Shown in pieces: positions 1 through 7,584 of a stretch of 41,822 bases of DNA. Under the pieces are notes generated by a model. It saw only the letters and a program-made list of their open reading frames with translations. It was not told the origin of the DNA and did not search any database. The position numbers were made by a program, and so were the translations under genes. Source of the stretch: Candidatus Micrarchaeota archaeon (lineage in GTDB: Archaea; Micrarchaeota; Micrarchaeia; Anstonellales; Bilamarchaeaceae); the NCBI GenBank assembly GCA_018304385.1, contig JAGVWJ010000006.1, positions 1 to 41,822 on the forward strand, given 5' to 3'. How positions within the stretch are numbered: position 1 is the first letter of the stretch; every line of letters starts with the position of its first letter.

Positions 1-451
1 TTACTGCTTTTAGTGCATAGTTTATTTTATGATCTTTACTTACAATAATTGCAATTGTATCAATCATATCTGGCTGGAAATTAGGCATACCTACCATTTT
101 TTCCAAAATTGTTAGTGCATCAGCCTCTTTTAATGCCTCTCTAGTTTTTTTCTGTTCATTTAATATGATTAACCCATACCTAGACAGATCTTTTAAACTG
201 GTTATTTTTTTTGCTATTTTCTTTAATTTACTAACCTGTTCATTAGTAGCACCTTTCTTATTAAAGCTCTCAAGCATTTTTTCAATTCTACCTGGATCTT
301 CCTGTTCAATGCTTTCAGCTATTCTTTCTACTCTAGTTATTTGTTCACCACTGTGATTAGATATAAGAGGTGTAATAAGAGAAATAGCTAATATTAATGC
401 TCGTGCAGGACTTTTTTTATGTATGGGGGTGCGAGAGTAATTCAGTCGCAT
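1..451 (-). CDS. hypothetical protein, 5' part only (runs off the left edge); hydrophobic N-terminal segment
   Basis: Not in the ORF track. Translating the reverse strand from the ATG at 451 gives an uninterrupted frame MRLNYSRTPIHKKSPARALILAISLITPLISN...KINYALKAV up to the window edge. Confidence 0.7.
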   Translation of the reverse strand, partial: MRLNYSRTPIHKKSPARALILAISLITPLISNHSGEQITRVERIAESIEQEDPGRIEKMLESFNKKGATNEQVSKLKKIAKKITSLKDLSRYGLIILNEQKKTREALKEADALTILEKMVGMPNFQPDMIDTIAIIVSKDHKINYALKAV

Positions 452-501
452 AATCTCTTATATTCTAAACCATTTTTAAAAGTGTGTCCCACTTGCAATT
501 T

Positions 502-1488
502 TTATGATAGTTCGAAGTTTTTATTTTCATATTCTAACCAAACTCCTTTTTTATCTGTTATCTCTCCAATAGTTTGGTTTTTTACGCCGTGTTTTGTTAG
601 TAACTGTTTTACTCCTGTTTCATCCTCTTTTTTTGCAACTAAAACCATACCAATTCCACAATTAAAAGTTCTATACATTTCGCGCACATCATTAACTTTT
701 TCATTAATCGCTTCAAATATTTTTGGCATTTTCTGCATAGCGTTTAGCGAGAAACCAAATTCTTTATTTAATCTAGTTAATTTGCTAAATGCACCGCCAG
801 TTATATGCGCGATGCCATGCAATTCATGCTGCGCAATAACATCAAGTACCGGCTTAACATAAATGCGCGTAGGAACAAGCATTTCTTTCCCCCATTTTTT
901 AATATCAAGCGCTTTGCGCGCAAGCGTATAACCATTGCTATGTAATCCACTGCTTTCTAAACCAATAAGCACATCACCTTTCTGAATTGCCTGGCCAGTG
1001 ATTACCTTATCTATTATCCTGCCAATTACTGTAAATGTTAAATCAAATGTTTTGTCGTTTTTAAGTAGTTCTGGAACAATTGCAGTTTCGCCACCAATAA
1101 TTGCGCAATTGCTTTCTTGCGCACCAGCTACTAAGCCTTTCATAATTTCGCTAACAAGCGCATCATCTTCCTTTGCTAATGCTAAATAATCAACACCAAC
1201 CAATGGTTCAGCGCCCATGCAAACTATGTCATTTACATTCATTGCAATTGCGTCTATTCCAACTGTATCATATTTTTCAAGTGCTTGCGCAACGAGTACT
1301 TTAGTTCCAACACCATCACAATGCATAACTAATTGCTCATTCCCAACTTGAAACACACCGCCATAATGTCCAAAAATAGGTAGCGGTTCGCCTTGTTTGC
1401 CTTTGCGCAATGCAAACGTGCTACTAATCATCTGCCATATGTTGCTCTGGATTTTCTTAACTTCATTAACGTTAACTGGGTATTTCAT
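502..1488 (-). CDS. purM: phosphoribosylformylglycinamidine cyclo-ligase (AIR synthase)
   Basis: Motifs DGVGTK, IAMNVND, GGETA, GLHSNGY, HITGG and RTFNCGIG. Confidence 0.95.
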   Translation of the reverse strand: MKYPVNVNEVKKIQSNIWQMISSTFALRKGKQGEPLPIFGHYGGVFQVGNEQLVMHCDGVGTKVLVAQALEKYDTVGIDAIAMNVNDIVCMGAEPLVGVDYLALAKEDDALVSEIMKGLVAGAQESNCAIIGGETAIVPELLKNDKTFDLTFTVIGRIIDKVITGQAIQKGDVLIGLESSGLHSNGYTLARKALDIKKWGKEMLVPTRIYVKPVLDVIAQHELHGIAHITGGAFSKLTRLNKEFGFSLNAMQKMPKIFEAINEKVNDVREMYRTFNCGIGMVLVAKKEDETGVKQLLTKHGVKNQTIGEITDKKGVWLEYENKNFELS

Positions 1489-2144
1489 GATATCCGCTCA
1501 ATTCTATCTATTATTTTATATAAACCAGCTAAGTTTTTTATTATAGCACGTGCATCAGAAAAACCCATCCTCCTATTGATTCTTGTTTTTAATGCAATAG
1601 AAAACATATTCGCTGCATTTGCAGCTTTAATGCCAGCCGGAGCGTCCTCTACTACTATACAGAGTTTTGGCCTAATGCCTAGGCGCTTTGCAGTTTCTAT
1701 AAATATGTCCGGAAATGGTTTACTTTTCCTAACTTCTTCACCTGAAACAGTAACGTCGAAGTAGTTTTTTATTTTTAATCCTGCCAACACCATATCGATC
1801 CATCTTATTGGAGATGACGAAGCAACAGCTAGTTTAAATCTTTTTTTCCTTAGTTTATTCAAAAAGCGCTGCAAGTTATTGCTGGCCATTAATTTTTTCT
1901 TCAATAATGCTTCATATAAGGGCCTTTCAAATTTTTTTATTTCTCCAACATTAGCACGAAGTCTGTGTTTTTTTATTATCTCTTCCCAAAATGCATCTTC
2001 TGTCCAGCCCAAATATTTTTTCAATTCTTTGTTTGTAATTGCACTGCCAAAATGCGCAATAGCTTTCTTTTCTGCAGCAAAATGTAATGGTTGCGAATCT
2101 ACAAGTACGCCGTCCATATCGAATATTATTGCCCTGAATCGCAT
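1485..2144 (-). CDS. HAD-superfamily phosphatase (beta-phosphoglucomutase/CbbY-like, subfamily IA)
   Basis: Motif I FDMDGVLVDS, motif II SSS, KPFPDIF and motif IV VEDA; 4-nt overlap with purM. Confidence 0.9.
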   Translation of the reverse strand: MRFRAIIFDMDGVLVDSQPLHFAAEKKAIAHFGSAITNKELKKYLGWTEDAFWEEIIKKHRLRANVGEIKKFERPLYEALLKKKLMASNNLQRFLNKLRKKRFKLAVASSSPIRWIDMVLAGLKIKNYFDVTVSGEEVRKSKPFPDIFIETAKRLGIRPKLCIVVEDAPAGIKAANAANMFSIALKTRINRRMGFSDARAIIKNLAGLYKIIDRIERIS

Positions 2145-2172
2145 AAGTAGATGAAGTATGTTTATTTATTAA

Positions 2173-3150
2173 TTATTTCTTCTGTGCTTCTTCAAGCATT
2201 TTCATAATCTCGTCATTAGCAACCATATAAACCTTTTTGATTTCAGCATTGTTATTAAGTAATAATTTTAAAATATCTACAAATCCTGCAGCGCAAGCTA
2301 TTGTTATTGATCTTCTTCCTGTAGAATCTTCTGTATTTACGTTTGCACCTTGTTTTATAAGTAGTTCTACAATTTCTGCATACCCATAATACGTAGCTTT
2401 TATTATAGGATAATCATCTTCAACACTTGCATTAACATCTGCTCCGTTCTCTATAGCTGTCGCAACTCCTTTTATATTCCTGTTTCCTATTGCATTTACT
2501 AGCTGTACATTTGCCATGATCTGTTCTGTAGGACTTATTTCTTTTGTTGGTTTTTTTATTTCTGGCGCAGCCTCAACCTTTGGTTTTAGTAGCTCTTCAA
2601 TTTCATGAAATCCCTTTCGCCTCGCATAATCATAAGCAACCTTTGGCGAATATTTATGGTAGTGATCTTTATTTGCACCTTTCTCCAGTAATACCTTTAC
2701 AACTTCCGTATGTCCGTTATCTGCTGCAAGTATAAGTGCATTACCACCCTCACTAGTTTCTGCCTCAATATCTGCACCTTTTTCTATTAATATTCTAACA
2801 ACATCTGCATGCCCTTCGCCAGCAGCCCTTATTAGCGCAGTTTCTCCATTTGCATTTCTTGTATCTACATTAGCGCCATGTTCTAATAATAATTTAATTC
2901 CTTCTACATTGCCTTTTGCAGCAGAATATATTAATGGAGTAAAAGCGTTATTATCAGCTGCATTAACATTTGCTTCTTTCTCCACCAGTAATTTCATAAT
3001 TTCAGTGTGCCCCATTATAGAAGCGGCTATTAGTGCTGTTGCACCGATCTGCGGTTCTTTACCATTTACTTCCGCGCCTTTATCCAAAGCTTGCTTTACG
3101 CCTTCTAAATCTCCATTCCCAGCAGAATTTATTAGTTGAGTATCTGACAT
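2173..3150 (-). CDS. ankyrin repeat protein
   Basis: Repeated G-x-T-A/P-L-I-x-A ... LL-x2-GA-x-V-N/D units in two blocks separated by a linker. Start placed at ATG 3150 behind a GGTGA SD (the track start is 3174). Confidence 0.92.
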   Translation of the reverse strand: MSDTQLINSAGNGDLEGVKQALDKGAEVNGKEPQIGATALIAASIMGHTEIMKLLVEKEANVNAADNNAFTPLIYSAAKGNVEGIKLLLEHGANVDTRNANGETALIRAAGEGHADVVRILIEKGADIEAETSEGGNALILAADNGHTEVVKVLLEKGANKDHYHKYSPKVAYDYARRKGFHEIEELLKPKVEAAPEIKKPTKEISPTEQIMANVQLVNAIGNRNIKGVATAIENGADVNASVEDDYPIIKATYYGYAEIVELLIKQGANVNTEDSTGRRSITIACAAGFVDILKLLLNNNAEIKKVYMVANDEIMKMLEEAQKK

Positions 3151-3211
3151 AAAATCACCAGCTACTATCACCATGATAAATTTAATAAATCATACTTATC
3201 AATCTTATCTC

Positions 3212-3637
3212 ATGCAATTACTTGGAAGTTTCTCAGAGTTCACAAAGCGCGTGGTATCAGCAGCAAGGCTTGGTAGATTGCCAAAGCATGACATAAAAAA
3301 ACTAGAGCGTTTGCTTAATAGAACTGGAAAGCGCAATACTATTCTTGCTAAAGGGATATTGTCTGCATTAAGCGCAGGTGGTGCAAGTGACCAAGATATA
3401 AACCGCTTTAGTGATTTATTGGAAAAGGCCAATCATCGTATTACAGAGGATAAAGAGCCATTCACAGAACCAGAGAAAAAGGAGATCGGTGAGCTATTTA
3501 AGCGCGCTTATGTTTCTATTAAGGCAGCGAATTGGTTTGCTTCTCAGATTGATGAATTGGTTGCAGAGGAAATTGAGGAATTTATTAAAGGTAAACGTTC
3601 AGTAGTTATTCCAACTAAGAAATTTGAAACAGTATGA
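3212..3637 (+). CDS. hypothetical helical protein
   Basis: Open frame with protein-like composition. ATG 3212 lies about 25 nt behind an AT-rich TATA-like tract, and a hairpin/T-tract follows the stop. Confidence 0.65.
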   Translation: MQLLGSFSEFTKRVVSAARLGRLPKHDIKKLERLLNRTGKRNTILAKGILSALSAGGASDQDINRFSDLLEKANHRITEDKEPFTEPEKKEIGELFKRAYVSIKAANWFASQIDELVAEEIEEFIKGKRSVVIPTKKFETV

Positions 3638-3639
3638 AG

Positions 3640-3660
3640 AAAAACCCGTTTGGGTTTTTT
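3640..3660 (+). terminator. hairpin plus T-tract (AAAAACCC-GTTT-GGGTTTTT)
   Basis: Perfect 8-bp inverted repeat immediately after the stop at 3637. Confidence 0.55.
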
Positions 3661-3665
3661 ATAAA
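3658..3665 (+). promoter_or_regulatory. TATA box (TTTATAAA)
   Basis: Archaeal TATA consensus about 23-25 nt upstream of GGG at 3688, where the structured segment begins. Confidence 0.5.
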
Positions 3666-3687
3666 GTGATTGCATGAATTGTCGTCA

Positions 3688-3841
3688 GGGCATTGTCACG
3701 AGGGCAAAAAAATCGTGACAAGACTTGACGCGATACGCGTCAATGCAAAAAAATTCCGACAAATATCTCGACATGATTGTTGCATTGCAACAATATGCCC
3801 ATTGTTCACGCGAACAATTGGGAAACCAGGAGGTTTTCTCA
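3688..3841 (+). ncRNA. candidate structured leader/ncRNA or palindromic operator array
   Basis: Five inverted repeats in 150 nt: 3693-3701/3713-3721, 3725-3732/3736-3743, 3776-3794, 3801-3818 and 3820-3839. A closing GGGCA/TGCCC pair links 3688 and 3800. Confidence 0.4.
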
Positions 3842-4405
3842 ATGAAAATCAAACTAACCCCAGAACTTGCTTATATAATAGGTTTTTGGCGCAAGCGACG
3901 CGCATATGAGGGTTTGGGTGTCCGGGGCTTAAAGGAGCATATAGAACTATTTTCCAAGGAAGTTCTTGATAGGCAACTAACTACTTCTGATAAATTGCTT
4001 ATAGATGACAAAAAGATCTATTTTTACCATACTGCGTATAGAAAATTTTTTCAGGATATTGAAAACGAGCAGTTAGAGCGCTTTAAATATCTGAACGAAT
4101 ATGCAGCTAGCTACTTAGCTGGTTTGTTTGATAGCGTAGGCGGTATAGATGAGAAAGGGTTTGTATTTGTTGATAAGGCAAATCCGGCAGATGAGATTCT
4201 GCTTATGCGCCTTGGGTTTGGAGCGCGCTGGCGTGACGGTAAGTTGATTATTGAAAGGCCCAAGGCATTTTTGACTTTTGTTAAAAACTATGTGAAACTA
4301 CTTGCGGGCCATGAGGTATTTGGGCTTATTGCTGGAAAAAAGAAAAAAACCAATACTAAGAATTTACCACACGAACCTAACCTGCAGGTTCAAACAATTT
4401 CGTGA
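3842..4405 (+). CDS. degenerate two-motif LAGLIDADG-fold protein
   Basis: TPELAYIIG and AASYLAGLFDSVGGI helices. GGAGG SD at 3829-3833 supports ATG 3842 rather than the track start at 3725. Confidence 0.7.
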   Translation: MKIKLTPELAYIIGFWRKRRAYEGLGVRGLKEHIELFSKEVLDRQLTTSDKLLIDDKKIYFYHTAYRKFFQDIENEQLERFKYLNEYAASYLAGLFDSVGGIDEKGFVFVDKANPADEILLMRLGFGARWRDGKLIIERPKAFLTFVKNYVKLLAGHEVFGLIAGKKKKTNTKNLPHEPNLQVQTIS

Positions 4406-4441
4406 CAAGCAGTGCTTAATCGTGACAAAGGTTTTTAAATA
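4400..4441 (+). promoter_or_regulatory. two TCGTGACAA boxes (4400-4408, 4420-4428) followed by TATA box TTTAAATA (4434-4441)
   Basis: Exact 9-mer direct repeat at 20-bp spacing; the same 9-mer occurs as an inverted pair at 3693/3713. Confidence 0.55.
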
Positions 4442-4631
4442 GAACAAACGTAAGTAATACTGATTAATATGTCTGGAGATCTAGGTTTAGGAACAACTAC
4501 AGTATTCTAATTTTGTCAGTCCAATCCCTAGAGAACTTTGAGTTTTTTTCTTGGGTTAGTATTACTAATAGAAAAATATGTGGGGTGATAAGAATGGAAA
4601 TAAAAAACAAAGGGTGGTTAGAAACAGTGTA

Positions 4632-4795
4632 ATGGAATAAAAAATAGAGGAAGAAAATCAGCATTGGATGCAGATGGTCGCCAGTATGTAAGGCAACTTT
4701 ACTGGGCAGGCGATTTCACAATACGCGAATTAGCATGCGTATTCAAAGTATCGCGAACTTCTATCTTGCGATACTTGCAGGAGGTGGGAAGATGA
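4632..4795 (+). pseudogene. Hin/resolvase-type helix-turn-helix protein, apparently frameshifted at its start
   Basis: Frame 4634-4795 reads GIKNRGRKSALDADGRQYVRQLYWAGDFTIRELACVFKVSRTSILRYLQEVGR. ATG 4632 is out of frame by one base (ATGGAATAA). Confidence 0.6.
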
Positions 4796-4983
4796 AACCA
4801 CTTCATATAGAAAGAGTAAAGAAGGCGATAAGCGATAATGATAGACGCAAGAGATATCGTGCAGTAGACTGGCTTGCAAAACACGACAATATAAATGGGC
4901 TATTAGATGTTATGGATAACAGTAGATGCGATAATACTAGGTTACGTGCAGAGGTCGCTCTTTCAAAATATAATTTCAAGTAA
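4792..4983 (+). CDS. small HEAT-repeat-like protein (63 aa)
   Basis: GGAGGTG SD at 4780-4786; ATGA overlap with the HTH frame; sequence MKPLHIERVKKAISDNDRRKRYRAVDWLAK. Confidence 0.55.
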   Translation: MKPLHIERVKKAISDNDRRKRYRAVDWLAKHDNINGLLDVMDNSRCDNTRLRAEVALSKYNFK

Positions 4984-4995
4984 AGAGGTGTTTAT

Positions 4996-5172
4996 ATGGG
5001 AAGTTGTTTTATGGTACGAAGAGAAGAAGCAGGAATAGGGAAAGGAGTTCCAATTGCCAGAATTCCAATTGCTAAAAAACCACCGTCTGATCGCCTTGCT
5101 GATGAACATGCTGCATGCGGCCAAATCGCAGTTATTGCTGATAAGGTAGCCAGAGGAGAAAAACCCAAGTAA
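4996..5172 (+). CDS. small hypothetical protein (58 aa)
   Basis: Below the track cut-off. GAGGTG SD at 4985-4990; reads MGSCFMVRREEAGIGKGVPIARIPIAKKPPSDRLADEHAACGQIAVIADKVARGEKPK. Confidence 0.5.
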   Translation: MGSCFMVRREEAGIGKGVPIARIPIAKKPPSDRLADEHAACGQIAVIADKVARGEKPK

Positions 5173-5223
5173 CTTATCTCTTTTTATTTTTTTATATATT
5201 ACATTATCTAGAGATGATTGCTT

Positions 5224-7578
5224 ATGCGAATTCTTACTGTACATTCAGACTATATAGAAGTTGAACCGCTTACTAAGGCGATAAAAGATGCAGAGGAGCT
5301 TCCAGTCAAGGAGAAGAAGCGATATGAAGAAGTGCTGGTTGTATTCACAGCTGTTGAAGAAGGAGATGAAAAAAATATTCAGGGCACGGTAGAGAGATAT
5401 GTCCAAGAAGTAAAGAGTATTGTAGAACAAGTTAAGGCAAAAAATATCCTGATTTATCCGTATGCACACCTAAGTTCAAACCTTTCAAAGCCAAATATAG
5501 CACAAGAATTTCTGATAAAGGCAGAAAAAGAATTATCAAAAGAACTTACTGTTTCAAGAGCACCTTTTGGCTGGTATAAATCATTTAATATTTCATGCAA
5601 AGGACACCCGCTTTCTGAATTAAGCAGAGCGTTTAGTGTTGAAGATGATAGCAATAATCTTCAAGCCATAATGGAGACGATATCACATCTTGTTTATGAT
5701 ACTGCAAAAAAATTAACCGGGAAAGCGTTTATTAGCATTTCAGAGATTAATGGGAATAAATCTATACTTAATTGGAGAGAATTGGATGGAGAGATAACAC
5801 ATGAATTTCTTAAAAAATTAGAAATAGAAGCAAACAAAAATAGAGAAAAAAATCTAGATGTAAAAGAGCAAGAGATGGATAGAAAAGAAGCACTAAAACT
5901 CTGCGGCGATATTTACGATAGATCACTTCCTAGAGAAGCATCTAAAATTAGAGTTGTGGCAATCGGCGATTTACCTCCGGAACCTTGCAGGCACCCTCAC
6001 GTATCCAATACAAAAGAGGTTAAAGAAAAAATTAAAATTGACGGATTTGAAAAAACAGAGGGTAAATTCAGAATAATGATTCATTTGGGGGAAGAAGAAA
6101 ATGCTAAGGACAAAGACTTGAGTAAAGCATTGAAAGCGGAAAAAACATTGGTGTCTCATTTTTACATAATTGGAACTGATGGAAAACTGAATGAAATAAG
6201 CTATGATAAGGAAAAGAAAAAATTTACTGGTTTTGATTTTTCCAAGCATGAAAATTTGAGAAAACTCGTTGCTTATGAACTGACAAAAGATAGAATAGTG
6301 ACTGAGGAGCCACCACATGTAAGGCTGATGAGAAAATTAGAGTTAGTGGATTATGAAGATGGATCAGATCCAGGAAATCTCAGGTACTACCCAAAAGGAA
6401 GATTCATGAAAGGCTTAATTGAAAGATATGTAACTCAAATCATAAAGGAGAACGGGGGAATGGAGATAGAAACTCCCATAATGTATGATTATGAGCACCC
6501 CTCTTTGAAAAGTTACTTGAATAGATTTCCGGCAAGGCAGTATGCTATCGAAACTCCGAATAAGAAGGTGTTTCTCAGATTTGCTGGGTGCTTTGGTGGC
6601 TTCTTGCTGGCTCACGATGCACATATTTCCTATAAACAACTCCCAGTATGGATATACGAGCTAACAAGATACAGTTTTAGAGTAGAACAGAGAGGGGAAT
6701 TATCTGGGCTGAGAAGACTTAGGGCATTTACTATGCCAGATTGTCATGCATTATGCAGAGATGAAGAACAAGCAAAAGAGCAATTGATAAAAAGATTTGA
6801 CTTAAGCCGGGAATTCCAGAATAAAAGTGGGGTAGGATGTGACAATCTAGAATTTGCAGTAAGAGTAACAAAAAAATTCGTTGATGAAAATGGAGATTTT
6901 GTAAAAGGATTAGTTAAAAGATGGGGAAGACCAGCACTTTTGGAAGTTTGGGATGAGCAGTTCTTCTATTTTGTTTTCAAATATGAGTTTAATTTTGTTG
7001 ACGTGTTAGGGAAAGCTTCTACTTTGACTACCGACCAAATCGATGTTGAGAATGGAAAAAGATATGGAATAGAATATATTGATGAGAAAGGACAGAAGAA
7101 AAACCCGTTAATATTGCATTTATCACCTTCTGGAGCAATTGAACGTATTATATATGCATTGTTAGAGAAAGCTGCAATGGATCAACGACAGGGGAAAATA
7201 CCTATGCTACCTTTATGGCTTTCACCAACACAAGTTAGATTAATGCCTGTGTCGAATGAGAAGCATTTAAAATACTGTGAAGAGCTTGAAAAAAAATTAA
7301 GCAAAGAGAGCATTAGGGTTGATATTGATGATAGACAAGAAGGTATTGGTAAAAAAATCAGAGATGCAGGACAAGAATGGATGCCTTACTCAGTAGTTAT
7401 AGGTGATAAAGAACTGGGCAAGCAAGAAATTAATGTAAGAGATAGAGAGAAAAACGAAGAAATCGAAATGAAAATTGATGATCTAGTAAAACTTATAAAA
7501 GAAAAAACAGAAGGCATGCCATTTGACACTATACCAACTCCTAGAAAATTAAGTAAAAATATTATATTTGTGGGTTGA
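5224..7578 (+). CDS. thrS: threonyl-tRNA synthetase, archaeal type, with an inserted AlaX-S-like domain
   Basis: N-terminal editing motif RAPFGWYKSFNISCKGHPLSELSR; catalytic motifs FRVEQRGELSGLRRLRAFTMPD and ILHLSPSGAIER; C-terminal anticodon-binding domain; extra ~146 aa at 5653-6090. Confidence 0.96.
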   Translation: MRILTVHSDYIEVEPLTKAIKDAEELPVKEKKRYEEVLVVFTAVEEGDEKNIQGTVERYVQEVKSIVEQVKAKNILIYPYAHLSSNLSKPNIAQEFLIKAEKELSKELTVSRAPFGWYKSFNISCKGHPLSELSRAFSVEDDSNNLQAIMETISHLVYDTAKKLTGKAFISISEINGNKSILNWRELDGEITHEFLKKLEIEANKNREKNLDVKEQEMDRKEALKLCGDIYDRSLPREASKIRVVAIGDLPPEPCRHPHVSNTKEVKEKIKIDGFEKTEGKFRIMIHLGEEENAKDKDLSKALKAEKTLVSHFYIIGTDGKLNEISYDKEKKKFTGFDFSKHENLRKLVAYELTKDRIVTEEPPHVRLMRKLELVDYEDGSDPGNLRYYPKGRFMKGLIERYVTQIIKENGGMEIETPIMYDYEHPSLKSYLNRFPARQYAIETPNKKVFLRFAGCFGGFLLAHDAHISYKQLPVWIYELTRYSFRVEQRGELSGLRRLRAFTMPDCHALCRDEEQAKEQLIKRFDLSREFQNKSGVGCDNLEFAVRVTKKFVDENGDFVKGLVKRWGRPALLEVWDEQFFYFVFKYEFNFVDVLGKASTLTTDQIDVENGKRYGIEYIDEKGQKKNPLILHLSPSGAIERIIYALLEKAAMDQRQGKIPMLPLWLSPTQVRLMPVSNEKHLKYCEELEKKLSKESIRVDIDDRQEGIGKKIRDAGQEWMPYSVVIGDKELGKQEINVRDREKNEEIEMKIDDLVKLIKEKTEGMPFDTIPTPRKLSKNIIFVG

Positions 7579-7584
7579 AGCGCT

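Noticed and set aside
165-862. Plus-strand ORFs 165-356 and 419-862, and similar short antisense ORFs across the window
   Set aside because: They lie opposite well-supported genes and have the Phe/Ser/Leu-rich composition typical of shadow frames.
3688-3800. 5S rRNA or SRP RNA
   Set aside because: Similar length to 5S, but none of the conserved 5S or SRP loop sequences are present.
3820-3840. Origin recognition box (GGAAAC)
   Set aside because: Lacks the TTCCA-GTGGAAAC inverted core and G-string, and there is no cdc6/orc1 gene in the window.
3725-3841. 39-aa N-terminal extension of the LAGLIDADG-like protein
   Set aside because: TTG start inside the palindrome array; a GGAGG SD points to ATG 3842.
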